Source: an uncultured Planctomycetales bacterium
GTDB taxonomy: Bacteria > Omnitrophota > Gorgyraeia > Zapsychrales > JANLHA01
Length of the DNA stretch: 64,000 nt
Assembly: GCA_964595465.1 (NCBI GenBank)
Contig: CAZQQI010000007.1
Span: 3,930 to 67,929, forward strand
Direction of reading: 5' to 3'
In this document: piece by piece, positions 1 to 8,918 of the stretch
How the letters are laid out: each line of letters starts with the position of its first letter
Position numbering within the stretch: position 1 is the stretch's first letter
Program-made: the position numbers and the translations under genes
The notes under the pieces: model-generated
What the model saw: only the letters and a program-made list of their open reading frames with translations
The model's database searches: none
Told to the model about the DNA's origin: nothing

Positions 1-1
1 C

Positions 2-943
2 CTGGGAGAGACGCGGTCGGGCTGCCGGATCAACCAGATCGGCGTTAAGGATATTGAAGAAAGCGGTAAAAAGAACGTGGTCTTTAAAGACGGTCCCAGC
101 CGGAAGATCGCCCGGGAAAAAGAGAGTCTTGACCGCTGGGCAGAGATCGCGCCTGGTCTGACGCCGCGTGTTCTGGGATTCCGTAAAGGAAAGCGTGATT
201 CCTCGATCCTGCTGGAATTTTTAGCGGGGAGGAATTTTCGCGATATTGTGATCGAAGGTTCAGGCCGGGACGCGTCCGCGGCTTTTGATCGTATCGGTCA
301 CGTTGTCGATGACCTCTGGAGCCGGACGATCCGCAAGCGGCGGGTTCAGGTCAACATGGTGGATCAGATACGGGAGCGGATCGCGGATGTTTATACCGTT
401 CATCCTGATTTCCGTGCTCCGCATTATAAGATCGGGGCGCTGGACGTTCCGTCTTTTGAAGAACGTCTGCGTTCAGCCCGTCAGATTGAAAAAGAGCTGG
501 CTGCGCCGTTTTCGGTCTGGACCCACGGGGATTTTAATTTGGACAATATTCTGTTTGATCAACAGGAAAAGCAGGTGCATTTTCTGGATGTCTACCGTTC
601 CGGCAGAAAAGATTATGTCCAGGATGTCTCGGTCTTTATTGTGTCCGCGTTCCGCCTGCCTGTTTTTGAGCCTGCCGCGCGCCGCCGCATTTATCGCACG
701 ATTGAACGCATGTATGAATTTGCCCGCGGATTCGCATCCCGGCATCATGACGCCACATTTCAGGCGCGCCTGGCCTTCGGTCTGGTGCGTTCGTTCACAA
801 CGTCTACCCGGTTTGAACTGGACCAGGAATTTGCCAAGGATATGATGCTGCGTGCTTTTTATCTGCTGGAAAAAATAACCGATCACAAGGGGGAGGCCTG
901 GGAGGAGTTCTGTATTCCCGGGCATGTTTTGACGACGGCGTGA
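2..943 (+). CDS. 5'-truncated APH/kinase-like phosphotransferase of the GAK system (often PhoU-domain fused)
   Basis: Frame is open from base 2 (LGETRSGCRI...VVFKDG). Has the HGDFNLDNI catalytic loop and an FLD motif. Lies directly upstream of ATP-grasp, HprK-related and amphi-Trp genes. Confidence 0.75.
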   Translation: MGETRSGCRINQIGVKDIEESGKKNVVFKDGPSRKIAREKESLDRWAEIAPGLTPRVLGFRKGKRDSSILLEFLAGRNFRDIVIEGSGRDASAAFDRIGHVVDDLWSRTIRKRRVQVNMVDQIRERIADVYTVHPDFRAPHYKIGALDVPSFEERLRSARQIEKELAAPFSVWTHGDFNLDNILFDQQEKQVHFLDVYRSGRKDYVQDVSVFIVSAFRLPVFEPAARRRIYRTIERMYEFARGFASRHHDATFQARLAFGLVRSFTTSTRFELDQEFAKDMMLRAFYLLEKITDHKGEAWEEFCIPGHVLTTA

Positions 944-950
944 AAGGAAG

Positions 951-1847
951 ATGCCAATGGTTTTACATAAACCCCGTGTCGGGGTTATCGGTGTTGAAGA
1001 AAAATGGTCATGCGCCCGTCTGGCTGATGCGTTCGCGGAGCGGACCGGGTTCCGCCTTCTGGTGGATCTGACAGACGTGTCTCTGGATACCGGCACCGGT
1101 GTCATCTTATGCGGAGATGTTGATATCGGGGAACTGGACGCTTTAGTGATCAAAAAGATCGGGCCTGTCTACAGTCCGGAGATCCTGGACCGTCTGAACC
1201 TGCTGCGGTATCTGGAGCGCGGAGGCCTGCCGGTATTTTCCAGTCCCCGCTCGATAGCCGGGATGGTCAACCGCCTGCATTGCACCACCGAACTTCTTCT
1301 GGCGGGGATCCCGCTTCCGGAAACCGTCATTACGGAAAAGATTTCCATAGCCGCGGATGCTGTGAGGAGATATCGTAAAGCTGTTCTTAAGCCGTTATAC
1401 ACATCAAAAGCGCGCGGCATGGTTGTTGTTGCGGACAGCCCTTCTTTGGAGGACAGCATCAGCCGCTACCAGCAGGACGGCAATCCGGTGATCTATGTTC
1501 AAAAATTTTTGAAGCATTCCGGCCGGGATCTGGGGCTGGTATTCCTCGGGGGACGTTACTTAGGAGCCTATGCCCGTGTTCAGGGTTCAGAGTCCTGGAA
1601 CACGACAACCGCTTCCGGCGGAAAGTACGAAGCCGCCCAGGTGCCGGATGATCTGGTCGGTCTGGCCCACCGCGCCCAGGAGTGTATGGATCTGGATTAT
1701 ACCTCTGTTGACCTTGTTGAGACCGCAGAGGGACCGAAGATCTTTGAAGTCTCTGCTTTTGGAGGATTCAAGGGGCTCTGGGAGACCCAGCGCATCGATG
1801 CCGCCGGGTTATACGCGGATTATGTTCTGGAAAGGATCACGGTATGA
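951..1847 (+). CDS. GAK system ATP-grasp enzyme (RimK-like)
   Basis: VLKPLYTSKARGM, YVQKF, DLGLVFLGG, SWNTTTASGGKY, DYTSVDLVET, FEVSAFGGF; GAK gene context. Confidence 0.85.
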   Translation: MPMVLHKPRVGVIGVEEKWSCARLADAFAERTGFRLLVDLTDVSLDTGTGVILCGDVDIGELDALVIKKIGPVYSPEILDRLNLLRYLERGGLPVFSSPRSIAGMVNRLHCTTELLLAGIPLPETVITEKISIAADAVRRYRKAVLKPLYTSKARGMVVVADSPSLEDSISRYQQDGNPVIYVQKFLKHSGRDLGLVFLGGRYLGAYARVQGSESWNTTTASGGKYEAAQVPDDLVGLAHRAQECMDLDYTSVDLVETAEGPKIFEVSAFGGFKGLWETQRIDAAGLYADYVLERITV

Positions 1848-2920
1848 GGGGCCCGAAGCCGTCAGCCCGTTTTTTATTAGAACAGCGGCTGATCCTGCAG
1901 TCCGATACAATCACCTTTCAGCTGAACTTTGACGGCTGCATCATTGAAGTGCGCACCAATGACCGCTGTCTGGCCGAACAGCTGCAGAATTATTTTGCGC
2001 TTTTTCAGGATCGGCAGCATCAGGCTCACTATGTGGTTCATGCTGTTCAGCAGCCGGAATGGGATCCGGGATTGGTTTTTGAGGAACGCCCGAGGGAAGT
2101 GCCGGGCAAAAAGATCAAAGAAGCAGTGTGTGACCTTTCAGACGGCCGGGCTGTCCGCAAGATTCAAACCGGCATGATCATGGTGATGACCGGCAACCGG
2201 AATGCCGTGGTCGGACCCTGCCGTCAGAACATTAATCAGGTCATCAATTTTATTAATAACCGCTATATTGAATGGCGGCTGAATCAGGGGGCGGTTCTGC
2301 TGCATTGCGCCGGTGTTCTTTTGCGGGGCAAAGGAGCGGCTTTATGCGGATTTTCCGGCGCCGGCAAATCGACCCTGGCCCTGCATTTGATGAATGAGGG
2401 CGCCAAGTTCGTGAGTAATGATCGGATTGCGGCCGCCCGGCAGAATGATCGGGTCAGGATGTATGGTGCGGCAAAACAGCCGCGGGTCAATCCCGGAACG
2501 ATCGTCCATAATCGTTCACTCTGGCACCTGATCCCCAAACAGCGCCGTCATGAACTGCAGGGGCTCACTCCGTCCGAATTATGGGCCCTGGAAGAAAAAT
2601 ATGATGTGGACATCCTTCGTTTGTATGGACAGGACAGTTGGCGGCTGCATTGTGCGATGGATCGTCTGGTCGTTTTGAATTGGCAGCGCGGCGCCGGGAG
2701 CACGAAGATAACGGAAGTGGATCTTTCCGCCCGCCGGGATCTTTATCCCGCGTTTATGAAGGGCCCCGGCGTATTTTTCCGCCCGGGCTGCGATGATTTT
2801 TATGACACGTATTGTACGGCGGAAGCATACCGGAAATGCCTGGAAGGGGTTCCGGTCTATGAGGTCACGGGCGGGGTGGATTTTCATCACCTCTGCAGAG
2901 AACTGAAAACCTTGTTATAG
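1844..2920 (+). CDS. HprK-related kinase B (GAK system)
   Basis: LLHCAG...GFSGAGKST P-loop and FVSNDR HprK-type motif; PRVNPGT and ELWALEEKYDV; 4-bp overlap with the ATP-grasp gene. Confidence 0.85.
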   Translation: MRGPKPSARFLLEQRLILQSDTITFQLNFDGCIIEVRTNDRCLAEQLQNYFALFQDRQHQAHYVVHAVQQPEWDPGLVFEERPREVPGKKIKEAVCDLSDGRAVRKIQTGMIMVMTGNRNAVVGPCRQNINQVINFINNRYIEWRLNQGAVLLHCAGVLLRGKGAALCGFSGAGKSTLALHLMNEGAKFVSNDRIAAARQNDRVRMYGAAKQPRVNPGTIVHNRSLWHLIPKQRRHELQGLTPSELWALEEKYDVDILRLYGQDSWRLHCAMDRLVVLNWQRGAGSTKITEVDLSARRDLYPAFMKGPGVFFRPGCDDFYDTYCTAEAYRKCLEGVPVYEVTGGVDFHHLCRELKTLL

Positions 2921-2930
2921 GGAGGACAGA

Positions 2931-3206
2931 ATGAAACAGGAGATCAAAACCATGGGCTTTTGGACCGGAGAACAGATGATCGCTTATCTGGAAAATCTGG
3001 TTAAGGCGTATAAATCCGGCAAGATCGTTCTGGAAGAGGACGGGAAAAGAATTGAACTGCAGCCGCCCGAACAAGTGGCTGTTGAGATCAAGGCAAAGAG
3101 TTCGGAGCAAAAAGGCAAGTTCAAGCTGGCCTTTTCTTGGAAATCGCCTGATCCCTCTGAAATCCCGGAAGAACCTGAAACGGTGAAATCAAAACATTCC
3201 GTCTGA
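2931..3206 (+). CDS. amphi-Trp domain protein (GAK system)
   Basis: Short protein: helix IAYLENLVKAYKSGKIVL, then alternating beta strands ending in Trp (KFKLAFSW); GGAGG RBS. Confidence 0.8.
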   Translation: MKQEIKTMGFWTGEQMIAYLENLVKAYKSGKIVLEEDGKRIELQPPEQVAVEIKAKSSEQKGKFKLAFSWKSPDPSEIPEEPETVKSKHSV

Positions 3207-3372
3207 ACTTGGGTTTTTCTTGATCAGCAAAGCTAAGGAGTTGCGGCGTCTTTTTTGCTTGCAAAGCGGCTGCGGATCATGTCAAAGAAATTGTCTTGTA
3301 CTTTTTTAAAATAAGAATAAAATTTATGAGGAGTTGATGGTGGAAGAAGGTTAATAGCCAAGGAGGGGAAGA

Positions 3373-3714
3373 ATGGTGCGTATTATCACAGGTGCTTTTT
3401 TGTTTTTTTTGCTGGGAGCGGCTGGAGTGTGGGCGCATCCCCCGCAAAGGATTGTCGCGGATTTTGACACGGCCAGAAATGAATTAAATCTTAAGGTCAC
3501 GCATTCCACGTCCAGTCCCGGATACCATTTTGTCAAGAAAGTCATTATTACAATTAATGGGGAAAAGGTGAAAGAAGAGAATCTTTCCGCGCAGAAAAGT
3601 GACGTGTTTGAATATTCCACCCGGCTTTATGGTGTTGGTCAGGGGGACCGTATCGGGATCGAGGCGCAATGCAGCCGTGCCGGCAGCAAGAAAGCCTCAT
3701 TCACGGTTGAGTGA
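3373..3714 (+). CDS. Secreted small protein, desulfoferrodoxin/SOR-like beta-sandwich
   Basis: Signal peptide ending VWA, mature N-terminus HPP; H..H (HSTSSPGYH) and a C-terminal AQCSRAG resembling the SOR CNxHG motif; AGGAGG RBS. Confidence 0.5.
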   Translation: MVRIITGAFLFFLLGAAGVWAHPPQRIVADFDTARNELNLKVTHSTSSPGYHFVKKVIITINGEKVKEENLSAQKSDVFEYSTRLYGVGQGDRIGIEAQCSRAGSKKASFTVE

Positions 3715-3806
3715 TCCGCGGGAATTTCTGAGATGGCTGTATTGTTAGAAGTGAAAACAGTTGGGTTAGGATTATCCTGATATTCTGATTGTTCGTGTTT
3801 TTCATG

Positions 3807-3844
3807 AAAAGAGCCTGCATAGAGATTTTCTTGCAGGCTTTTTT
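3807..3844 (+). terminator. Intrinsic terminator
   Basis: AAAAGAGCCTGCA...TGCAGGCTTTTTT inverted repeat with T-run. Confidence 0.65.
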
Positions 3845-3909
3845 GTTGTTTCCGGTCCTGATTTAAGTTAAAATACCCGCGTTTCCTGCAATTTGAATGA
3901 AAGGATGTT

Positions 3910-6627
3910 ATGAGCGAGGCCGAACACTTTTTTCGATATCTGGATGACGGCGTCAGTTTTCAGTCAGAAAAAGCCGCGGATATCCGTGAGCTGTATTTTC
4001 CGTTATGCGGTGTGGACGGGAAGAGCGCGAAGTCTTCTATCACGCCGTATCTCAGCGGTGATATCAAGGTCGACCGGGACCGCTATATTACCCGACCGGT
4101 GTCCCGGCAGGATCTGCGTTTTCCTCTGCGCAATTTCTTTCTCTACATTGACAAGAGTCGAACGGTTGCGTTGACCGACCGCGGCGAACATATGGAAACT
4201 GCGGTTCGGATTGGTCAGCTGTGGCATCAGTTGACCGTTCGGGATCTGAATAATGGTCTGGAAATAGAGGCCCTGAATTTTGTCCCGGCGGACGGCGAGC
4301 CGGTAGAATTGATGAGGGTCGTCGTCCGTAATAAATCCGACAGCCTCCGCGTGGTGACACCCACGGGCTGTATTCCGATCTTCGCCCGGTCTCTGGCCAA
4401 TAAGCATGACCATGAACATGTTACGTCTCTCTTGAACCGCGTTGAGCAGCTGCCTGAGGGTATTCTTGTCTTTCCGACCATGAGATTTAATGAGCAGGGG
4501 CATTATGAGAACCATGATCAGTACTTTGTTTTCGGAATTGAAGGCAACGGGGTTTTGCCGGCGGGAAGTTTCCCCACGGTCGAGAGTTTTCTGGGCCGGG
4601 AGGGAACATTTGAGCGGCCGCGGGCGGTTTATGAAAATATGCCGCCGCGGATGATGGATCCCGTGCAGATCCAGGGAAAAGAGATCGCCGGCGCCCTGCG
4701 TTTTGACGCGGTCGAGATCGCGCCGGGAGAGTCCCGGGATTATTATATACTGATCGGTGCGGCGGAAAACGAGCAGCAGGCGCGTCAGTTTTTTTCGCGT
4801 TATCAGAATGCTTCCCATTTTGAAGCGGCTTTTGAGAAGGTGCGCAAATACTGGGACTCCCGTTCCACGGCTGTGATGTGCCGCACTGCCGACTCCGCGT
4901 TCGATTCCTGGATGCGCTGGGTCGCGATCCAGCCGGTTTTGCGCCGTATCTTCGGCTGTTCTTTTTTGCCGGATCATGATTATGGTAAAGGCGGACGCGG
5001 CTGGCGCGATCTCTGGCAGGATCTTTTATCGCTGATCCTGATCGAACCCGAGCATGTCCGCGGGGCTTTGATTAATAATTTCGCGGGCGTGCGTATTGAC
5101 GGGAGTAACGCCACGATCATTGGAGATAAACCCGGAGAATTTTCAGCAGACCGCAACGCGATCACCCGTGTCTGGATGGACCACGGTGCCTGGCCTGTCA
5201 TGACGACGTTAATGTATATAGAACAGTCAGGAGACAGTGATATCCTTTTTGAGCGCCAAAAATATTTCCGGGATCCCCAGCAGTCACGCAGCCGGTATAA
5301 AGATGAAAATTGGCAGGCCTCTGACGGGAATGTACTTAAAACTTCTGCCGGTAAGGCCTACCTGGGGACGGTGCTCGAACATATGCTGGTGCAGACACTG
5401 GTCCAGTTTTTTAATGTCGGAGAGCATAATATGATCCGTCTGGAAAGCGCTGACTGGAACGACGGTCTGGATATGGCCTTTGAACGGGGAGAAAGTGTGG
5501 CCTTCAGCGCTTTTTATGCGGGCAATCTTATGGCCTTGGCCGATATGCTGGAATATCTGAAGATGTTCAGCGGCCTGCCCAGCGTGACCGTACTGAAAGA
5601 GCTTGAGATCCTGTTTGATTTGGACGGACAGGCTGAAGAATGGGAGGATCATTCTGCCAAGCAGAAACGGCTGGATCATTATTTTTCCGCTGTTCAGCCT
5701 GACATCAGCGGGGAAGTGTCTGAAGTCGGCATTGAAACCCTGTCCGCTGATCTCCGCAGAAAAGGGCATTGGCTGATCGAGCGCATCCGGTTTCAGGAGT
5801 GGATAACGGCCGAAGAGGACGGGCAAATGTTCGGGTGGTTTAACGGGTATTATGACAATCAGGGTCGCCGGGTTGAGGGACAAAGTGAAGGGGATATCCG
5901 CATGACATTGACCGGACAGGTTTTTGCTCTGATGGCGGGGGCTGCGGGCCCGGAACATGCGCGCGGGATCATATCGAGTGCGGATCATTTTCTGAGAGAA
6001 CCGCGTCATGGCGGTCATCGGCTGAATACGGATTTCGGTGTGCGTAATGATCTGGATTTGGGCCGGGCGTTCAGTTTTGCGTACGGGACCAAAGAGAACG
6101 GCGCTGTTTTTTCTCACATGACCGTGATGTATGCCTACGCTCTGTATCGGCGCGGGTTTGCGCGGGAAGGATACACGGTCATACAAGCCCTTTATCATCT
6201 GGCCATGGATTCGGAACACAGCGGGATCTATCCTAATCTTCCGGAGTATTTTGATAGCCAGGGGAAAGGTATGTATTGTTATTTAACCGGTTCGGCCAGC
6301 TGGCTGGTGCTGACAATGCTCACGCAGAGTTTCGGAATGAGAGGGGATAAGGGAGATCTTTGTCTTGAGCCCAAGCTGGTAAGCGAACAGTTTGATGACG
6401 GAGGCTGCGCCGCCGCAGAAAGTTATTTTGCCGGGCGGCGGATCATTGTGTCGTATCATAATGCGGATCGCCTGGACTACGACCGTTACCGTATCGGCGC
6501 AGTCCGTGTCGGAGAAAGATCTTTGCCGGAGAAGCATATTGACTGCCGCAGGGCTTTGGTCCCGCGCGGGGAGCTTTCAGCAACCTCCGGCCCTCTTGCG
6601 GTCCGGGTGGAGTTGGTCGGCAAATAA
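3910..6627 (+). CDS. GH94 glycoside phosphorylase, laminaribiose-phosphorylase-like
   Basis: FLPDHDYGKGGRGWRDLWQD, catalytic ADWNDGLD, KENGAVFSHM, YLTGSASW; about 900 aa. Confidence 0.85.
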   Translation: MSEAEHFFRYLDDGVSFQSEKAADIRELYFPLCGVDGKSAKSSITPYLSGDIKVDRDRYITRPVSRQDLRFPLRNFFLYIDKSRTVALTDRGEHMETAVRIGQLWHQLTVRDLNNGLEIEALNFVPADGEPVELMRVVVRNKSDSLRVVTPTGCIPIFARSLANKHDHEHVTSLLNRVEQLPEGILVFPTMRFNEQGHYENHDQYFVFGIEGNGVLPAGSFPTVESFLGREGTFERPRAVYENMPPRMMDPVQIQGKEIAGALRFDAVEIAPGESRDYYILIGAAENEQQARQFFSRYQNASHFEAAFEKVRKYWDSRSTAVMCRTADSAFDSWMRWVAIQPVLRRIFGCSFLPDHDYGKGGRGWRDLWQDLLSLILIEPEHVRGALINNFAGVRIDGSNATIIGDKPGEFSADRNAITRVWMDHGAWPVMTTLMYIEQSGDSDILFERQKYFRDPQQSRSRYKDENWQASDGNVLKTSAGKAYLGTVLEHMLVQTLVQFFNVGEHNMIRLESADWNDGLDMAFERGESVAFSAFYAGNLMALADMLEYLKMFSGLPSVTVLKELEILFDLDGQAEEWEDHSAKQKRLDHYFSAVQPDISGEVSEVGIETLSADLRRKGHWLIERIRFQEWITAEEDGQMFGWFNGYYDNQGRRVEGQSEGDIRMTLTGQVFALMAGAAGPEHARGIISSADHFLREPRHGGHRLNTDFGVRNDLDLGRAFSFAYGTKENGAVFSHMTVMYAYALYRRGFAREGYTVIQALYHLAMDSEHSGIYPNLPEYFDSQGKGMYCYLTGSASWLVLTMLTQSFGMRGDKGDLCLEPKLVSEQFDDGGCAAAESYFAGRRIIVSYHNADRLDYDRYRIGAVRVGERSLPEKHIDCRRALVPRGELSATSGPLAVRVELVGK

Positions 6628-6645
6628 ATAAGGGATAGAGATGAT

Positions 6646-7512
6646 ATGACCCCTGAGCTGCGCAAAGATGTCTGTGATGCTCAGCGCGCTGAAATCACCG
6701 AACACATGATCTATCGGCGGCTGAGCAGGATGGAGAAGGACCCGAAGAACTGCGAGATCCTGCGCTTGATCGCGGAAGATGAGTTGCGGCATTATCAATT
6801 TTACAGCAAGTTCACCGAGCGCGATATTGCGCCTGACAGGGTTAAGGCCTGGGGTTATATTTTGCTGGCGCGTTTGTTCGGGTTGAGCTTTATTCTCAGG
6901 CTCATGGAGCAGGGTGAGAATCTTGCTCAGAATAAATATGATCGTCTGCGTGTTTTGGATCCAGGGATTGACAATATCATACGGGATGAGGAGGAGCACG
7001 AACATCAGCTGCTCGCGCGTATTGATGACGAAAGCATGCGGTATGCCGGATCGATTGTGTTAGGTCTGAATGATGCTTTGGTCGAACTGACCGGAGCTCT
7101 GGCCGGGTTCACGCTGGCTCTGCCTAATACCCGTTTGATCGCCACGTCCGGACTTATTGTGGGTATTGCGGCGTCGTTATCTATGGCTGCGTCAGAATAC
7201 CTTTCCACCAAAGAAGAATCCCGGGACCGGCGTCCGATCAAGGCCTGTGTCTATACCGGTATAGCGTATATTGGTGTGGTCGTTTTGCTGATCCTGCCGT
7301 ATTTTTTTATCCCCAATGCTTTTGTATGTTTAGGCGTCGCCCTCGTTACTGCCGTAGTGGTGATCGCGGGTTTTAATTATTATATTTCCGTGGTCAGGGG
7401 CACAGGATTCCGCCGGCAGTTTCTGGAGATGCTGGCGATCAGCCTGGGTGTGGCGGTCCTGAATCTTTTTGTGGGGATGGCCGCCCGGCATTGGCTGAAT
7501 GTTGAGGTGTAA
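6646..7512 (+). CDS. Rubrerythrin/ferritin-like domain fused to a VIT1/CCC1 metal transporter
   Basis: EITEH, DELRH and DEEEH diiron-type motifs, then LGLNDALVELTG and SMAASEYLS with about 5 TM helices. Confidence 0.85.
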   Translation: MTPELRKDVCDAQRAEITEHMIYRRLSRMEKDPKNCEILRLIAEDELRHYQFYSKFTERDIAPDRVKAWGYILLARLFGLSFILRLMEQGENLAQNKYDRLRVLDPGIDNIIRDEEEHEHQLLARIDDESMRYAGSIVLGLNDALVELTGALAGFTLALPNTRLIATSGLIVGIAASLSMAASEYLSTKEESRDRRPIKACVYTGIAYIGVVVLLILPYFFIPNAFVCLGVALVTAVVVIAGFNYYISVVRGTGFRRQFLEMLAISLGVAVLNLFVGMAARHWLNVEV

Positions 7513-7522
7513 GGAGGGGGCA

Positions 7523-7750
7523 GTGTTTTATCAGTATTATTGCGAACAGAACGGCCGCACGGTCGAAGTGGAGCATGGCGCGTCAAGGCGTTTCAAGACC
7601 TGGGGGGAGGTCTGCAAGAGGGCGGGGATCGCATGTGGAGACGTTTCTCCGGGTGCGCCGGTAACCCGTCTGATCAGCCGTCCCCAGCCGGCAATCTGGC
7701 GGCTGAAAGGTCTGGATAAAGATGCTCCGTCGGACAAATTAGAATTTTGA
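7523..7750 (+). CDS. Small FmdB-like zinc-ribbon family protein
   Basis: GTG start after AAGGAGG; YQYYCEQNGRTVEVEH...TWGEVC...PVTRLIS pattern. Confidence 0.6.
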   Translation: MFYQYYCEQNGRTVEVEHGASRRFKTWGEVCKRAGIACGDVSPGAPVTRLISRPQPAIWRLKGLDKDAPSDKLEF

Positions 7751-7763
7751 TGGCTGTGTGATG

Positions 7764-7901
7764 ATATTGTGTTTTGAAGGACTTCGGAAATCCGGAGCGG
7801 GCAAGGTTCATCACGCGAAAGCGTGATGAGAGCGAAGGATTTTCGTTGAGTGAAGGTCTGCCTCGCCGGGGCAGAACGAACGATCCGAAAAAACACAATA
7901 T
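7764..7901 (+). ncRNA. Candidate structured RNA (three-way junction), family unknown
   Basis: Closing stems ATATTGTGTTTT/AAAACACAATAT and TTCGGA/TCCGAA. Arm 1 is AATCC/GGATT with the hairpin TCATCACGC-GAAA-GCGTGATGA. Arm 2 is TTCGTT/AACGAA with the hairpin CTGCCTC/GGGGCAG. Confidence 0.45.
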
Positions 7902-7997
7902 GATTGCCGCATCGTTAACATCGTTTCTGAATACGACAAAGACATATTGAAATGATATTTTTGACAGTGCAATGTATTTGATGATTGGTGATTAAAA

Positions 7998-8918
7998 ATG
8001 GATTATGTTTTAAAGGACAAGATCAGGATCGGTATCAGCGCCTGTTGTTTCGGTGCCCGGACCCGCTATAATCACCGCGGTTGGGATTATGTGGAGAATC
8101 TGGGCCGTCAGCAATGGGACTATGAGTGGACGCCGGTCTGTCCCGAGGTTATAGCCGGCTTGGGTGTGCCCCGCGATCCGGTCCGCATGGTTAGCGGCAG
8201 CGGCGATGACCTCTGGCAAGGCGAGGCCAAGATGAAAAACCGGCACGGACGTAATGTTACGGGCCCGGTTAAGGACGCTTGCCGGGAGGCGGTGGTGACA
8301 TTGCAGCGGGCCGGGGTGGATGCGTTTGCCTTTATGGAGGGCAGTCCGACCTGCGGGGTGTACCGGACCACGCTTAAGGAAAAGCGTTTGGGCAGGCCGC
8401 CGGGCGCCTTCGGATCGCTTCTGCTCAAAGAGGATTGGTTCCTGATCCCGGCGATCAATCTGCAGAGTCCCTGGAAATGGTGGGACTGGAGCCGCCGTCT
8501 GGATGCTTTTGTCTGGCTTAAACGTCAGGAGATCAGCGGCAAGGCGGACATTTATGATATTTGGCATGCTTTGAAATTTTTATGTCAGGAAGCGGATGAG
8601 CCGGAGGCCCGCCGGATCGGGACCGATGTCGCGGCGATGCCCAAAAAGCTTAATGCGGAATTCATTGCTGAATGGAGGTCGCGCGTCCTGCGCCTGCTAC
8701 GCCGCCCGTCGACCCTTCCGCGTATCTCCAATGCGTTGTTCAAGCATTATAAACATTACCGCAGGACCTTCGGATTGAGTTTGGAAGAGAACCGTCCGCC
8801 GCGTAATGATCAGAGCCGGCACGTGTTTGTTGAAGAGGTGCAGAAACTTGAACGTCAGGCCTTTGACCAGGGCTATCAGTTCGCCGGCCGCCCTGTTATC
8901 TACCGTCCTTCCCGCTGA
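7998..8918 (+). CDS. DUF523 (TudS/2-thiouracil desulfurase family, Fe-S) protein with a DUF1722-like C-terminus
   Basis: IGISACCFG...RY, PVCPEV.AGLGVPR and GSPTCG Cys motifs. Confidence 0.8.
   Translation: MDYVLKDKIRIGISACCFGARTRYNHRGWDYVENLGRQQWDYEWTPVCPEVIAGLGVPRDPVRMVSGSGDDLWQGEAKMKNRHGRNVTGPVKDACREAVVTLQRAGVDAFAFMEGSPTCGVYRTTLKEKRLGRPPGAFGSLLLKEDWFLIPAINLQSPWKWWDWSRRLDAFVWLKRQEISGKADIYDIWHALKFLCQEADEPEARRIGTDVAAMPKKLNAEFIAEWRSRVLRLLRRPSTLPRISNALFKHYKHYRRTFGLSLEENRPPRNDQSRHVFVEEVQKLERQAFDQGYQFAGRPVIYRPSR

Noticed and set aside
4003-6219. Long antisense ORFs (324 and 311 aa) inside GH94, and similar ones at 39659-40837 and 61524-62345
   Set aside because: They fully overlap well-supported genes on the opposite strand and show no motifs; typical shadow ORFs.
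7764-7901. Hammerhead ribozyme or known riboswitch (glycine, yybP-ykoY, NiCo, Moco, c-di-GMP)
   Set aside because: GTGATGA and GAAA are present but not the CUGANGA core or its topology. Consensus motifs of the listed riboswitches were not found.
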